Origin: Bdellovibrionales bacterium
GTDB taxonomy: Bacteria > Bdellovibrionota > Bdellovibrionia > Bdellovibrionales > JAMPXM01
Length of the DNA stretch: 64,000 bases
Direction: 5' to 3'
NCBI GenBank assembly: GCA_043739185.1
Contig: JAYUEN010000332.1
Coordinates: forward strand, 64,001-128,000
Shown here: in pieces, positions 1 through 8,867 of the stretch
Position numbering within the stretch: position 1 is the first letter of the stretch
Layout of the letters: every line of letters begins with the position of its first letter
Position numbers and translations under genes: made by a program
The notes under the pieces: generated by a model
What the model was told of the DNA's origin: nothing
What the model saw: the letters and a program-made list of their open reading frames with translations, nothing else
Database searches by the model: none

Positions 1-54
1 TCTCCCAAGAAGCAAAGATCCACCGTGTTCTGTATCTCTTTTTACCAATTTCAT
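1..54 (-). CDS. Possible 5' end of a gene running off the window (MKLVKRDTEHGGSLLLGR...), reminiscent of Y1/RAYT-like transposase N-termini seen in Bdellovibrionota
   Basis: ATG at 54 (minus) is open to the window edge. Only 18 codons are visible, and the HGGxL resemblance is from memory. Confidence 0.25.
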   Translation of the reverse strand, partial: MKLVKRDTEHGGSLLLGR

Positions 55-122
55 TTAGGTCTGGTTTTGCAAACCCAGAACCCTGTCGTATAACTACCTG
101 CCGAGCATTTACCTAAACTAGA

Positions 123-1376
123 TTATGGATTACGGACAATCTCCTCCGTTACCAGGGCACCGCCCCGGGCGGTGCCCGCGGAAGGGTTTTCGGCCGGTGC
201 GCCAGATTCGGACATATAGCTTTCGTAATCCAAAGGCTTTGTAATATGGCTAGCGGCGGGGCTGACATAATCACTTTCGACTCCATCCCAGCCTTTGAAG
301 CTTCGAGTTTCAACGCCGTCTCCATCTATCGCGATCGCGGTTTGAAAGTCAGGAACCAAACTAACTTTTCCGCCACCACCAGGAATATCCAAACTCAAAT
401 TCGGCATTGCCAATCCCGACATTTTTCCCCAAAGCTCTCGCTGAATCGCCAGAGAATCTTGGACCGAAGTACGCAAGTGATCGCTGCCAAAGCTCGGGTC
501 ACACTGAAACATATAATAGGGCTTCACTCTCAAGCTTAAGAGTCTTCGCGAAAGTGCTTGGATGATCGCAGCGTGATTATTGACTCCGTTTAAAAGAACC
601 AACTGATTGAATACCGGGAATCCATTATCAACAAACTTTAATAAAGCTTGCGACGACTCAAGCGTCAGCTCTCTCGGATGATTAAAGTGAGTCATCACAA
701 AAATAGGGTGATATTTTTTCAAACGCAAAATTAAAGCTTCAGTCACACGCATCGGGCAAACCACTGGCATACGCGTTCCTAAGCGAATCAATTCGATATG
801 ACCAATTCCTGTCAAATCGCTTACAACTCTTTCTAACTGATCATCGTTAAGGGTAAGAGGATCTCCTCCCGACAGAATTACCTCACGAATCGATCTTTGA
901 GATTTTAAATAACTAAGTGCTTGGTCATATTGAGAAGACTTAATGAAAGCCTGGTCGGTTGCTGTAAAATGCTTTCTCGTGCAATACCGACAATAAACAC
1001 TACAAGTATCAGTTACGAGTAAAAGGGCACGGTCCGGATAGCGATGAATCACGCGCGGGGCTGGATTGTTTTTTCTTTCGCCCAAAGGATCGAGCATCTC
1101 TTGCAGCCCAGGTAAAATTTCGTGTCCAGTGGGAACAATTATCTTTCGAATTGGATCCTGCGGGCGGTGCCCCAATGCTAGGCTGAGGTAATATGGAGTA
1201 CAGCGAACTGAGAAGTTGGCTTCAAAACCATTTTCTTCATCGAGAGTCAGATCGAGATAGCGGGCAAAATCCTCTTTTGCTTTGAGGGAGTTTCGCATTT
1301 GCCATTTCCAATCCATCCAATTTTCATTTGAAGCATTAAAGAAATGAGCTGGAGACGCTAAAAATTCAAATTTCAT
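123..1376 (-). CDS. KamA-family radical SAM protein (lysine 2,3-aminomutase / EpmB-like)
   Basis: CSVYCRYC (CxxxCxxC), HRYPDR, LSGGDPL, THFNHP, PYYxFQCD and the PGGGGK PLP-lysine motif. Confidence 0.9.
   Translation of the reverse strand: MKFEFLASPAHFFNASNENWMDWKWQMRNSLKAKEDFARYLDLTLDEENGFEANFSVRCTPYYLSLALGHRPQDPIRKIIVPTGHEILPGLQEMLDPLGERKNNPAPRVIHRYPDRALLLVTDTCSVYCRYCTRKHFTATDQAFIKSSQYDQALSYLKSQRSIREVILSGGDPLTLNDDQLERVVSDLTGIGHIELIRLGTRMPVVCPMRVTEALILRLKKYHPIFVMTHFNHPRELTLESSQALLKFVDNGFPVFNQLVLLNGVNNHAAIIQALSRRLLSLRVKPYYMFQCDPSFGSDHLRTSVQDSLAIQRELWGKMSGLAMPNLSLDIPGGGGKVSLVPDFQTAIAIDGDGVETRSFKGWDGVESDYVSPAASHITKPLDYESYMSESGAPAENPSAGTARGGALVTEEIVRNP
155..177. repeat. GC-rich palindrome GGGCACCGCC-CCG-GGCGGTGCCC (REP-like) inside the 3' end of the KamA-family gene
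   Basis: Perfect 10-bp stem read directly. The same 10-mer recurs elsewhere in the window. Confidence 0.7.
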
Positions 1377-1782
1377 AGGGCTAATTTAGCTTGCTCGAGT
1401 GAACTTGTCCAAGTTTTCACGTCGTTTCACAAGCTTTTCGCAGAGAATTCGCGGGCCGTGCCCTGTTCAAAATCTCAAAATGAAACACTTTTTATAGGAG
1501 AAACCGCTAAAAAAGCCCCAAAAACAGCACTTTTGGCTCGTGTCGATGTCTAAAAATCTAACCTATGATAAAGCACTGAAATTCCTAGGAGGGCGGTGCC
1601 TCAGGAATCAAAATAGTTTTGAAGCTAAACACGTGGCCAACTTTTAGACGGCCCAATCCAACTTCGAATTCGACGTCTTTTTAATAACTTATGTAAAAGG
1701 CCAAATCTGGACCAGGAATTGGATTACTTAAGTTTGTAGAAATAGTTTTTAAAATTGTGGCCAATGGGTCCCAGGAGGATTT

Positions 1783-3327
1783 ATGAAACTTTTTAAACCA
1801 AGCAAACAGACAGTACTAAAAGGACTCTTACTTTTAGTTGTTGGACTTAACTTCTCATGGAGACCTCTGATTACAGAGATCCACCAAACTTCAATGTCGG
1901 CAAATTTACCAACACCAGCAATTGAAATTGGAGCACCTCCTAAGGCAAGAGAAAAGACAGGGGCAGAAATTGCCGCTGAGAAAAAGGCAGATCCACTTGC
2001 TCAGTATGCACAGTACTGCGGAAAATGGATAACACTCAAAGCGACTCCAGATAATGCTCACGCTCAAGTAGTCGCCGCCGACAAGGATAAAAAAGAACTC
2101 AAATGTGAGGAGTGCGAAAAAGTTCAAGTTAATATCAATGGTCCAATTCCTGAAAATATTGTGAAAGTTGTAACCGACCAATTGAGAATTAGCTGTGAAT
2201 CATTCTTAACTGATGAAGAGCGCGCCAAACTTGAAGCTGAGAAAAAAGCAAAGGAAGATGAAAAATTCAAATTGGCACAAGATGAAATTAAGTGTTTGGC
2301 CGATAAGCACGGCAAAGATTTAGATTCAAACCAAAAGCTTACTTGCCAACTCAGAAATATGAATCTATCAGATGCCGCCATGAAAAAAGCTGGTTTTGAA
2401 TCCGCTGAAGCCAATGATGTCAGAAAGGCTTTAGCTAAAGAATCTCTTAGTTCTATTGCTAAAACTTGTAAGAAAAATCATAAAGAATCTGACAGCTTCG
2501 ATGAGTGTGAAGATCTTATGACTCGTTATGATGATGCGGTTACCAAGCTGGCGGATTCTGGTAATGATAGTTTGAAAACAGTAGGCAAATCTTTTTCAGA
2601 AAAATACACAAAGCTTAATAAGTTTGTTGCTGAAGAAAAGAAGGCTGTGGCTCGTGTTGAGTTCTTTAAAACTCAATACGATGGCGTCAACACTTTAATG
2701 GAGAAAGCCTATACCGCTTACTCTACTCGTTGTGATAATCTCGCAGTTGCTTACGGAAACGCTGGCAATGAATTTGATTCAGAAGCTTGCCGCTCAGCTT
2801 ATGTAAAAAATTATCTTCTTCCACGCTATGAACCAATCTTGAGACAGATCACCAATAAATTTAATACCGAAGCAAATAAATTTCGACGAGATTTCGTTGA
2901 ATTTGAAAAAGTGGATATCATTGGTAAAGACGGTTCAGCCAACGCATTCGCACCCATTAGAAACTATGTGAAAGATTTGGCGACTTATGGTGCGACTTAT
3001 AATATTCCGACAAAAGATCTTCCCGCATTTACTGATGAATCCGGACTTGGAACAAGCATCGCTTCTGCACTTTCAGGAAATGATTTAGCGGGCCGACTAG
3101 GAGTTTTGGCGGGCGCTCGTCAGTTTACTCCATTGACTGCTGTTGCAGGATCAACGGCCGTCGGTTCAACCGTGAGCCCATTTGCGATTCCTTCAGTTCT
3201 TTCTTCTGGTCAGAATCTTTATAATGCGAAATTACCGCTCAATAATCTACGCGGTAGAACTGCAGTTACAAGTGGACTCATCCTCCCTGTTCTGCCAACT
3301 CAAGACGCTGCCATCACTTGGCAGTAA
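1783..3327 (+). CDS. Hypothetical exported or membrane-anchored protein with a helical Lys/Glu-rich core and several Cys
   Basis: 514-aa ORF, AGGAGG RBS, hydrophobic N-terminal stretch, followed by an intrinsic terminator. Confidence 0.8.
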   Translation: MKLFKPSKQTVLKGLLLLVVGLNFSWRPLITEIHQTSMSANLPTPAIEIGAPPKAREKTGAEIAAEKKADPLAQYAQYCGKWITLKATPDNAHAQVVAADKDKKELKCEECEKVQVNINGPIPENIVKVVTDQLRISCESFLTDEERAKLEAEKKAKEDEKFKLAQDEIKCLADKHGKDLDSNQKLTCQLRNMNLSDAAMKKAGFESAEANDVRKALAKESLSSIAKTCKKNHKESDSFDECEDLMTRYDDAVTKLADSGNDSLKTVGKSFSEKYTKLNKFVAEEKKAVARVEFFKTQYDGVNTLMEKAYTAYSTRCDNLAVAYGNAGNEFDSEACRSAYVKNYLLPRYEPILRQITNKFNTEANKFRRDFVEFEKVDIIGKDGSANAFAPIRNYVKDLATYGATYNIPTKDLPAFTDESGLGTSIASALSGNDLAGRLGVLAGARQFTPLTAVAGSTAVGSTVSPFAIPSVLSSGQNLYNAKLPLNNLRGRTAVTSGLILPVLPTQDAAITWQ

Positions 3328-3352
3328 TTGCTTAAAAAATTATATCGCTAAC

Positions 3353-3380
3353 AGCCGCGCAGAAATGTGCGGCTTTTTTT
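3353..3380 (+). terminator. Rho-independent terminator
   Basis: AGCCGCGCA-GAAA-TGTGCGGCT followed by a T-run, about 25 bp after the stop. Confidence 0.85.
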
Positions 3381-3473
3381 GTTCTAATTTCAGCATATGA
3401 TTTTAAATCAGTTTCAACGGCAGCAGCGGCTGTCAACAGTCTCACAGTTTCGGTCTCGGGGTTCAGAGGTCAG

Positions 3474-3536
3474 CTACGGCGATGGAGGCACGAAGAAGGA
3501 GTAACGAAGAGTTGAAGCTTTTTAGAATAAGGTCTA
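3474..3536. repeat. Truncated (3'-half) copy of an RPE-like palindromic element
   Basis: 3474-3512 is identical to 3597-3635 (39 bp). The segment ends in GGTCTA and shares its TA with the next element. Confidence 0.6.
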
Positions 3537-3657
3537 GAAGTCGTAAGAATTATCTGAATCGAGGCGCGACGACTGAGGCGACCGAGCCGTAGTATTCTAC
3601 GGCGATGGAGGCACGAAGAAGGAGTAACGAAGAGTCAGATAATTCTTACGACTTCTA
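3535..3657. mobile_element. 123-bp palindromic MITE / RPE-like element
   Basis: Perfect 23-bp terminal inverted repeat TAGAAGTCGTAAGAATTATCTGA / TCAGATAATTCTTACGACTTCTA, TA at both ends, central hairpin GCCGTAG-TATT-CTACGGC. Confidence 0.75.
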
Positions 3658-3660
3658 AGG

Positions 3661-3689
3661 TAAAACCGGGGGAGCTTGCGCTCCCCCGG
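3661..3689 (-). terminator. Rho-independent terminator of the beta-barrel gene
   Basis: Minus strand CCGGGGGAGC-GCAA-GCTCCCCCGG-TTTTA, a perfect 10-bp GC stem. Confidence 0.75.
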
Positions 3690-3769
3690 GGCCCCAACCG
3701 CCATCAAAGGTCAGGTTGAAAATCAAGATGCAAAACAAGATGAAGTCATGATGCTAATACAAGCTGCGA

Positions 3770-5248
3770 TCAAAAGCTGATGGCGGCCTTGGTACTTAAT
3801 CCATAAGCAAAAGAATTTCCGTAATTCATCGATCCACCCTGCCAAGCTGCTCCCGGAAAAATAAATCCGATTTCAGTCAGCCAAGTGAAGCGCTCATACG
3901 GTTTATAATTCAATCTAAAATCCGTCTCAAAACCAAGATCTTTTGCAGTGCCCGCAGCAGCCCCAGCGTTCAAAATGGGATCCTGCTGTAGCCTTGCATA
4001 TAAAAGCGTAGCACCGAAACTTAAATTGTCACGCACTTTATAATCTGTTGACGGAGCGATATAAAGCACATTGCTGATCGCCTCATTGTCGATATTATTT
4101 GAAGCATTGGTGGTGGTATCTCGTACAAGTTGAGTCCTAAAGAAATTATTGCTTCCCAACGGATGATTAAACATCAATAGCGCCACATTGTAGTTACGAT
4201 TTAATGTATAGCCCTCATAGATATCTCGAGTTCCTGGATCATCTCCACTTGCGGTACCAAATTTAAGTCCATGAGACCAACTACTAGTCTTTGGAGCATA
4301 AGCGAGTTCACCTGCGATTGCGAAGCCATTCATTGATCCTTGAGTTACGCCATCGATCATCGCACCATTGGTACCCGTTTGAAGTCCAGCTTCAACGGCA
4401 ACCGACAATTCACCCAACTTTTGTTTTGTAAAAAAATTGATGTTTTGGTTTTTAAATCCAAATCGATTCGTAGCTCCGGCTCCGCCGACACCGTTTACTC
4501 CAGCAGGAGTATCGTCGCCATAACTCGAAGCTGTGCGAATTTGTGCAAACACACCAAGTGATAAATCCGTTTCTGGATTATCGTACTGAACATGAATCAT
4601 ATAATCAGAAACACCGCCGCCAATATCTAAATTATTTTGGTTGTTCGCAGCGTTTCCACCCTGGTTGACCTTGCCAAGCATGGGCATAATGTACAAATTC
4701 CCAAAGACAAATTTATAGCCAACTAAATCTTCGTTGGTTAACCAGTGGTCAAAGGGACCATTACCGGCATTGTAAGTTAAACCCAAACCAAACTGCAAAG
4801 GCGTGCGGCCAGCAACAAAAACACCAAATTCTTGCACCCAGGTAAGATACAATTCATTTACCGCCAATGTTTCTGGACTTTGCGAATTTGAGAAGACATT
4901 CGACTTACCAGCAGAAGGTGTCGGCGTAGAAGAACTGCAATTGCTCGAATTGGTGACCCCATCGCCTAGTAGCTGTCCCGCTTGGCCATTTTGCCCAAAC
5001 TGACAATTATTGAAGAGATCAAAACGTGAATGAATGATGAGGCCATCGGCCGCAGTGATTTTTGGGTTCAGAACCAAATGGTGTAGAAAGTATCCATCTC
5101 GTCTTTTAACTCCATCTAACTCTAAATTTTCACTTTGAAAGAATTCAAATCGATAGATTCCTGACCAACTAATATCACCAGCTCGACAAGTCCCTGCTCT
5201 AAGCAAAGGCAAAGTAAGAGCGGCAACTAGAATTAACTTCTTAAACAT
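3770..5248 (-). CDS. Outer-membrane beta-barrel protein (alginate-export / TIGR04551-like)
   Basis: Start moved to MFKKLIL (AGGGG RBS, signal peptide). GRTPLQFGLG motif, alternating beta strands, C-terminal Phe. Confidence 0.7.
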   Translation of the reverse strand: MFKKLILVAALTLPLLRAGTCRAGDISWSGIYRFEFFQSENLELDGVKRRDGYFLHHLVLNPKITAADGLIIHSRFDLFNNCQFGQNGQAGQLLGDGVTNSSNCSSSTPTPSAGKSNVFSNSQSPETLAVNELYLTWVQEFGVFVAGRTPLQFGLGLTYNAGNGPFDHWLTNEDLVGYKFVFGNLYIMPMLGKVNQGGNAANNQNNLDIGGGVSDYMIHVQYDNPETDLSLGVFAQIRTASSYGDDTPAGVNGVGGAGATNRFGFKNQNINFFTKQKLGELSVAVEAGLQTGTNGAMIDGVTQGSMNGFAIAGELAYAPKTSSWSHGLKFGTASGDDPGTRDIYEGYTLNRNYNVALLMFNHPLGSNNFFRTQLVRDTTTNASNNIDNEAISNVLYIAPSTDYKVRDNLSFGATLLYARLQQDPILNAGAAAGTAKDLGFETDFRLNYKPYERFTWLTEIGFIFPGAAWQGGSMNYGNSFAYGLSTKAAISF

Positions 5249-5315
5249 ACAAGATCCCCTTGCGATGAATAGGTGCGCAATCAAACAATTACGCCTCGCA
5301 TTTATTCTGTCAATA

Positions 5316-5870
5316 CTATTTATTAAGGATTCCCAGCACTTCATCTTCACGCAAAATCAAAACTTCTTTGCCGTGAATTTCAATTGGTGTGCCTGAGAAT
5401 TTTGCGTAAATAATCTTATCACCCAATTGAACATCAAGTGGTCGCAATTGCGCTTTTTTATTTCGCTTGCCCGGTCCAACAGCAATTACCAACCCACGCC
5501 CTTGTTGTTCTTGCGCTGAATCTGGAATGATCAATCCACCTGAAGTCACAGTTTCAGCAGGCAAGGCATCAACCAAAATTCGATCGTCAAGCGGAGAAAA
5601 TACTTTAGAATAGTTGAGTTGAGTTTTTGAAGTTGTCGAAGTCAATTTGGTTTGAAGTTTCGTTGCCACCTTCGGAGCCAATTTGTTTTTTGTCTTTGCG
5701 GTTGTGGTTTTTTTTGAAACAGATTTTTTTGGAGCGGCTTTTTTTGGAGCGGCTTTTTTTGCGGACGCGGTCTTTTTAGCAGCAACTCCTTTTGGAGCGG
5801 CTTTCTTTTTCAGTGTCTTTTTTAATGTTTTAATTTTCGCACTCAATTTTTTCTTCTTATTTGCTGCCAT
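5316..5870 (-). CDS. groES: Co-chaperonin GroES with a long Lys/Ala-rich N-terminal extension
   Basis: PLDDRILV, TSGGLIIPDSA, VIAVGPG and ILREDEVLG motifs; about 90 aa of KKAAPKK-type repeats in front. Confidence 0.9.
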   Translation of the reverse strand: MAANKKKKLSAKIKTLKKTLKKKAAPKGVAAKKTASAKKAAPKKAAPKKSVSKKTTTAKTKNKLAPKVATKLQTKLTSTTSKTQLNYSKVFSPLDDRILVDALPAETVTSGGLIIPDSAQEQQGRGLVIAVGPGKRNKKAQLRPLDVQLGDKIIYAKFSGTPIEIHGKEVLILREDEVLGILNK

Positions 5871-6132
5871 ACTTTCTCATCTCCTCATCGTAATATTTCG
5901 CGTACATTACATCCCATTCGGGTGAACCTTCAAGCAAAGTTCGCTTCAATGAAGCGATTTTTGTACGAACTGTCTCGTCAACATTCGCTTGATCCTTCAC
6001 CCATTGAGCAATTGCCTTCTTTGCGACTCTCATAGCCGCATCTTCGTCGGTGTATTCAACAAGGTCGTCGTTCCATATTCCATCGATGATTAATTTTGCA
6101 AGGTGGCCTTGGCGCTCGTCAGATAAAATCAT
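5857..6132 (-). CDS. DUF507-family protein
   Basis: 91 aa; VRxKIxS...EGSxEWDxxYxKYYxEE pattern; coupled to its neighbours. Confidence 0.75.
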   Translation of the reverse strand: MILSDERQGHLAKLIIDGIWNDDLVEYTDEDAAMRVAKKAIAQWVKDQANVDETVRTKIASLKRTLLEGSPEWDVMYAKYYDEEMRKYGSK

Positions 6133-6407
6133 AGTACTATGCCTTTTTCTTGAGCCATACGTTTTTTAAGTAAAGGAAACATTTTGAAGCGTTGAAATTC
6201 TCCTGGATTTTTCTTCTCAAGTTGATCGAGCATTTTATTTACTTCGATATCAAGCTGGGCTTCTTTTGCAAAGTCGGCTGCTACATAAGCAACTGCTTTC
6301 TTAAAAACAGAAGCTTCTGACTCTTTAAACTCAATTGCATTTTGGTTTTTTAGCTCGTCAAATATCTTTCGGACCAGGCGATCCATTTGAATGGGAGTTA
6401 TTCTCAT
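6129..6407 (-). CDS. DUF507-family protein (paralogue)
   Basis: Start at MRITPIQ; ends with KMFxLLKKRMAxEKGIVL; ATGA overlap with the next gene. Confidence 0.7.
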   Translation of the reverse strand: MRITPIQMDRLVRKIFDELKNQNAIEFKESEASVFKKAVAYVAADFAKEAQLDIEVNKMLDQLEKKNPGEFQRFKMFPLLKKRMAQEKGIVL

Positions 6408-6485
6408 ACTTTGACTAAACGAAGGCTTGGCCCTAATGTCAAGTAGGTAAGTCATCAGATGGGAGAGAACGAGAACTTGGGCACC

Positions 6486-8756
6486 ATGAATAATAAACAT
6501 ATTCTTAAAGCGGCAATTCTTACTTCTGCTTTGCTGCTAACGCTTGTTGGCATCACCTTTGTCCTTTGGCTTTATCGGCTTGATGATGAAATAAGTCAGC
6601 GTTTTGCTCAAAAGCGCTTTGCTCCTCCGATTGAATTTTATTCGGCTCCACAGAAGATTGTAATCGGTGCGACCTTTACTCCCGATTATTTTCAAAAACT
6701 CTTTGGCCGGAAACACTTTCGGCGAAGGGAATTTTCGCTTCCTCTGCAACCCAGTGACTTCAGTGTATGGAGCGCGCATGAGTGCCAAAGTGTCTTGACG
6801 GCTTTTAATCTCGGCGAAATCTCAAGCTGTGTTAGCTTTCGAAATAGTGATGCCCAAAGCATTCCGCAATTGCTGGTGATTGACCCCAACTCTAAAGTCA
6901 TCGGGACTTTTGCAGGAACTCCTATTTCGGCAGCTTCCGCCCTTGAAATTGAACCCGAACTCTTTGCTCAGTATTACGGCAATAAACCGACGATTCGCAG
7001 AATAGTAAATTTAGGTGAAGTTCCTGCGAACTGTCTCAACGCACTTCTCGCTATCGAAGACTCACAATATTTTGAACATGGCGCCGTCAGTTTCACCAGC
7101 ATTGCGCGCGCTGCACTCGCAAATTTGCGCTCTGGACGCCGCTCCCAAGGTGGCAGCACAATCACCCAACAACTTGTCAAAAATTACTTTTTAACCTCTG
7201 AACGCTCGTTTTCGCGAAAGCTGAAAGAGTTTGCGATGTCGGTTCTTCTTGAGAGTCGGATTAGCAAAGATGATATTTTAGAAACCTATATTAATTTAAT
7301 TTACATGGGTCTCAGCGGCCCCTTTGAAATTAGAGGCTTTGCGGCTGCGGCTGATCACTACTTTGGAACGGAACTAAAAGATTTAGGACTTGAGCAATGC
7401 GCCCTCGTCGCCGCCCTGGTCAACGGCCCCGGGCTTTACAACCCAGTTACTCATTCTGAAAATGCTTTGAAACGCCGTACTCGAGTTCTAGATCGAATGC
7501 TCGATTTAAAGATGATTACTTCTGGTCAAGCGCTGGCTGCAAAAGCTTCAGCCCTTCCGAAAACCACCGAAAAAAGTTTGAGTGAACCTGCACCTTATTT
7601 CGTAAGTGCCGTACGCAAGCAACTTGAGGCAGCTGGCATTGATGAATCCAATGGCCTGCGAGTTTTTACAACTTTGAATTTAAGATCCCAAGAAGCCGCA
7701 CAACAAGCCGTAAAATATGGAATCGATAATTTAGAAAAAACCAATAAACTGGTACAGAAATTAAAGACCCAAGGAAAAAACATAGAAGTTCTCTTTCTCT
7801 CGGGCGATCCCGAAACTGGATTCATCAGCGCGATAGTGGGAGGAAGAAATTTTACCTCCACCCAATACAATCGCGCCATTGAAAGCCATCGCCAGGTTGG
7901 CTCAATCATGAAGCCCTTAGTTTATTTGACGGCTTTGGACTCTAAGACTGAATTCACTCCGCTTACCATAGTGAAAGACGAAGCCTTCACCCATAAATAT
8001 GATGGACAAACTTGGTCTCCGAAAAATGATGAAGGAAAATACTTTGGAGATATCCCAGCTTTCTTTGCATTGAAGCAATCTCTCAATGCGGGGACCGCCT
8101 CTACTGCAATTTCGATTGGTCTTAGTTCAATCGTCGATACCGCAAGGAAATTGGGCGTAACCTCTTCAATCACCGCGGTTCCATCTTTGTCTTTGGGGGC
8201 CTTTGAATTATTTCCTTGGGAAGTTTTGCAAGCCTATGCGACACTTTCACAATTAGGAAAATTCAATTCACTCAATATCATAAGTCGAGTGGAGCAGCTC
8301 GATGGAACTAGTGTTTTAGAAAATAAGTCTACCTCTGAGCAAAGAGTTTCACCAGAAGCTACGTCTGAACTCGTGAGCATGATGAAGCAAACCATTTTGA
8401 GTGGTACCGCCCGCGGCATTCGCCTCAGTGGGCTCAACTTTCCTGCGGCAGGTAAAACCGGCACCACCAATGATAAAAAGGACGCTTGGTTTGCGGGTTT
8501 TACTCCTCACCATGTCGCCGTCGTTTGGGTTGGCTACGATGACAACGCGAGTGCAAACCTCACTGGTGCTTCTGGAGCCGTTCCGATCTGGGCACACTAT
8601 ATGAAGAATTTTGCGAGTACCCTTCCGCAAGACGATTTTAAGTGGCCCGTCGGAACTCAAATCAAGAGCATTTCGGTTGATGATCAAAAAAAGCTCGGCA
8701 TTCCTGAGCGCCCCGGAATTCCCCTCGAAGATGTTGAGCTGGTATTTCGAAGATAG
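6486..8756 (+). CDS. mrcB: Class A penicillin-binding protein (PBP1B-like)
   Basis: N-terminal TM; transglycosylase motifs EDxxYFEH and GGSTITQQLVKN; transpeptidase motifs SIMK, SLN and KTG. Confidence 0.9.
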   Translation: MNNKHILKAAILTSALLLTLVGITFVLWLYRLDDEISQRFAQKRFAPPIEFYSAPQKIVIGATFTPDYFQKLFGRKHFRRREFSLPLQPSDFSVWSAHECQSVLTAFNLGEISSCVSFRNSDAQSIPQLLVIDPNSKVIGTFAGTPISAASALEIEPELFAQYYGNKPTIRRIVNLGEVPANCLNALLAIEDSQYFEHGAVSFTSIARAALANLRSGRRSQGGSTITQQLVKNYFLTSERSFSRKLKEFAMSVLLESRISKDDILETYINLIYMGLSGPFEIRGFAAAADHYFGTELKDLGLEQCALVAALVNGPGLYNPVTHSENALKRRTRVLDRMLDLKMITSGQALAAKASALPKTTEKSLSEPAPYFVSAVRKQLEAAGIDESNGLRVFTTLNLRSQEAAQQAVKYGIDNLEKTNKLVQKLKTQGKNIEVLFLSGDPETGFISAIVGGRNFTSTQYNRAIESHRQVGSIMKPLVYLTALDSKTEFTPLTIVKDEAFTHKYDGQTWSPKNDEGKYFGDIPAFFALKQSLNAGTASTAISIGLSSIVDTARKLGVTSSITAVPSLSLGAFELFPWEVLQAYATLSQLGKFNSLNIISRVEQLDGTSVLENKSTSEQRVSPEATSELVSMMKQTILSGTARGIRLSGLNFPAAGKTGTTNDKKDAWFAGFTPHHVAVVWVGYDDNASANLTGASGAVPIWAHYMKNFASTLPQDDFKWPVGTQIKSISVDDQKKLGIPERPGIPLEDVELVFRR

Positions 8757-8867
8757 CCAGGATGTACCTGCTTAGTTTTGGTATAGCAGCGCGACGAAAA
8801 TAGAATAAAATAAAAACTGAAATTATCGCGCTGCTATACCAAAACTAAGCAGGTACATCCTGGCTAT
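8753..8867. mobile_element. Putative MITE: perfect 42-bp inverted repeat around a 31-bp A-rich spacer
   Basis: 8753-8794 ATAGCCAGGATGTACCTGCTTAGTTTTGGTATAGCAGCGCGA is the exact reverse complement of 8826-8867. Confidence 0.75.

Noticed and set aside
3474..3635. Two identical 39-bp direct repeats as a mini CRISPR array
   Set aside because: There are only two copies, the spacer is 84 bp, the second copy is nested in a TIR-bounded element, and no cas genes are present.
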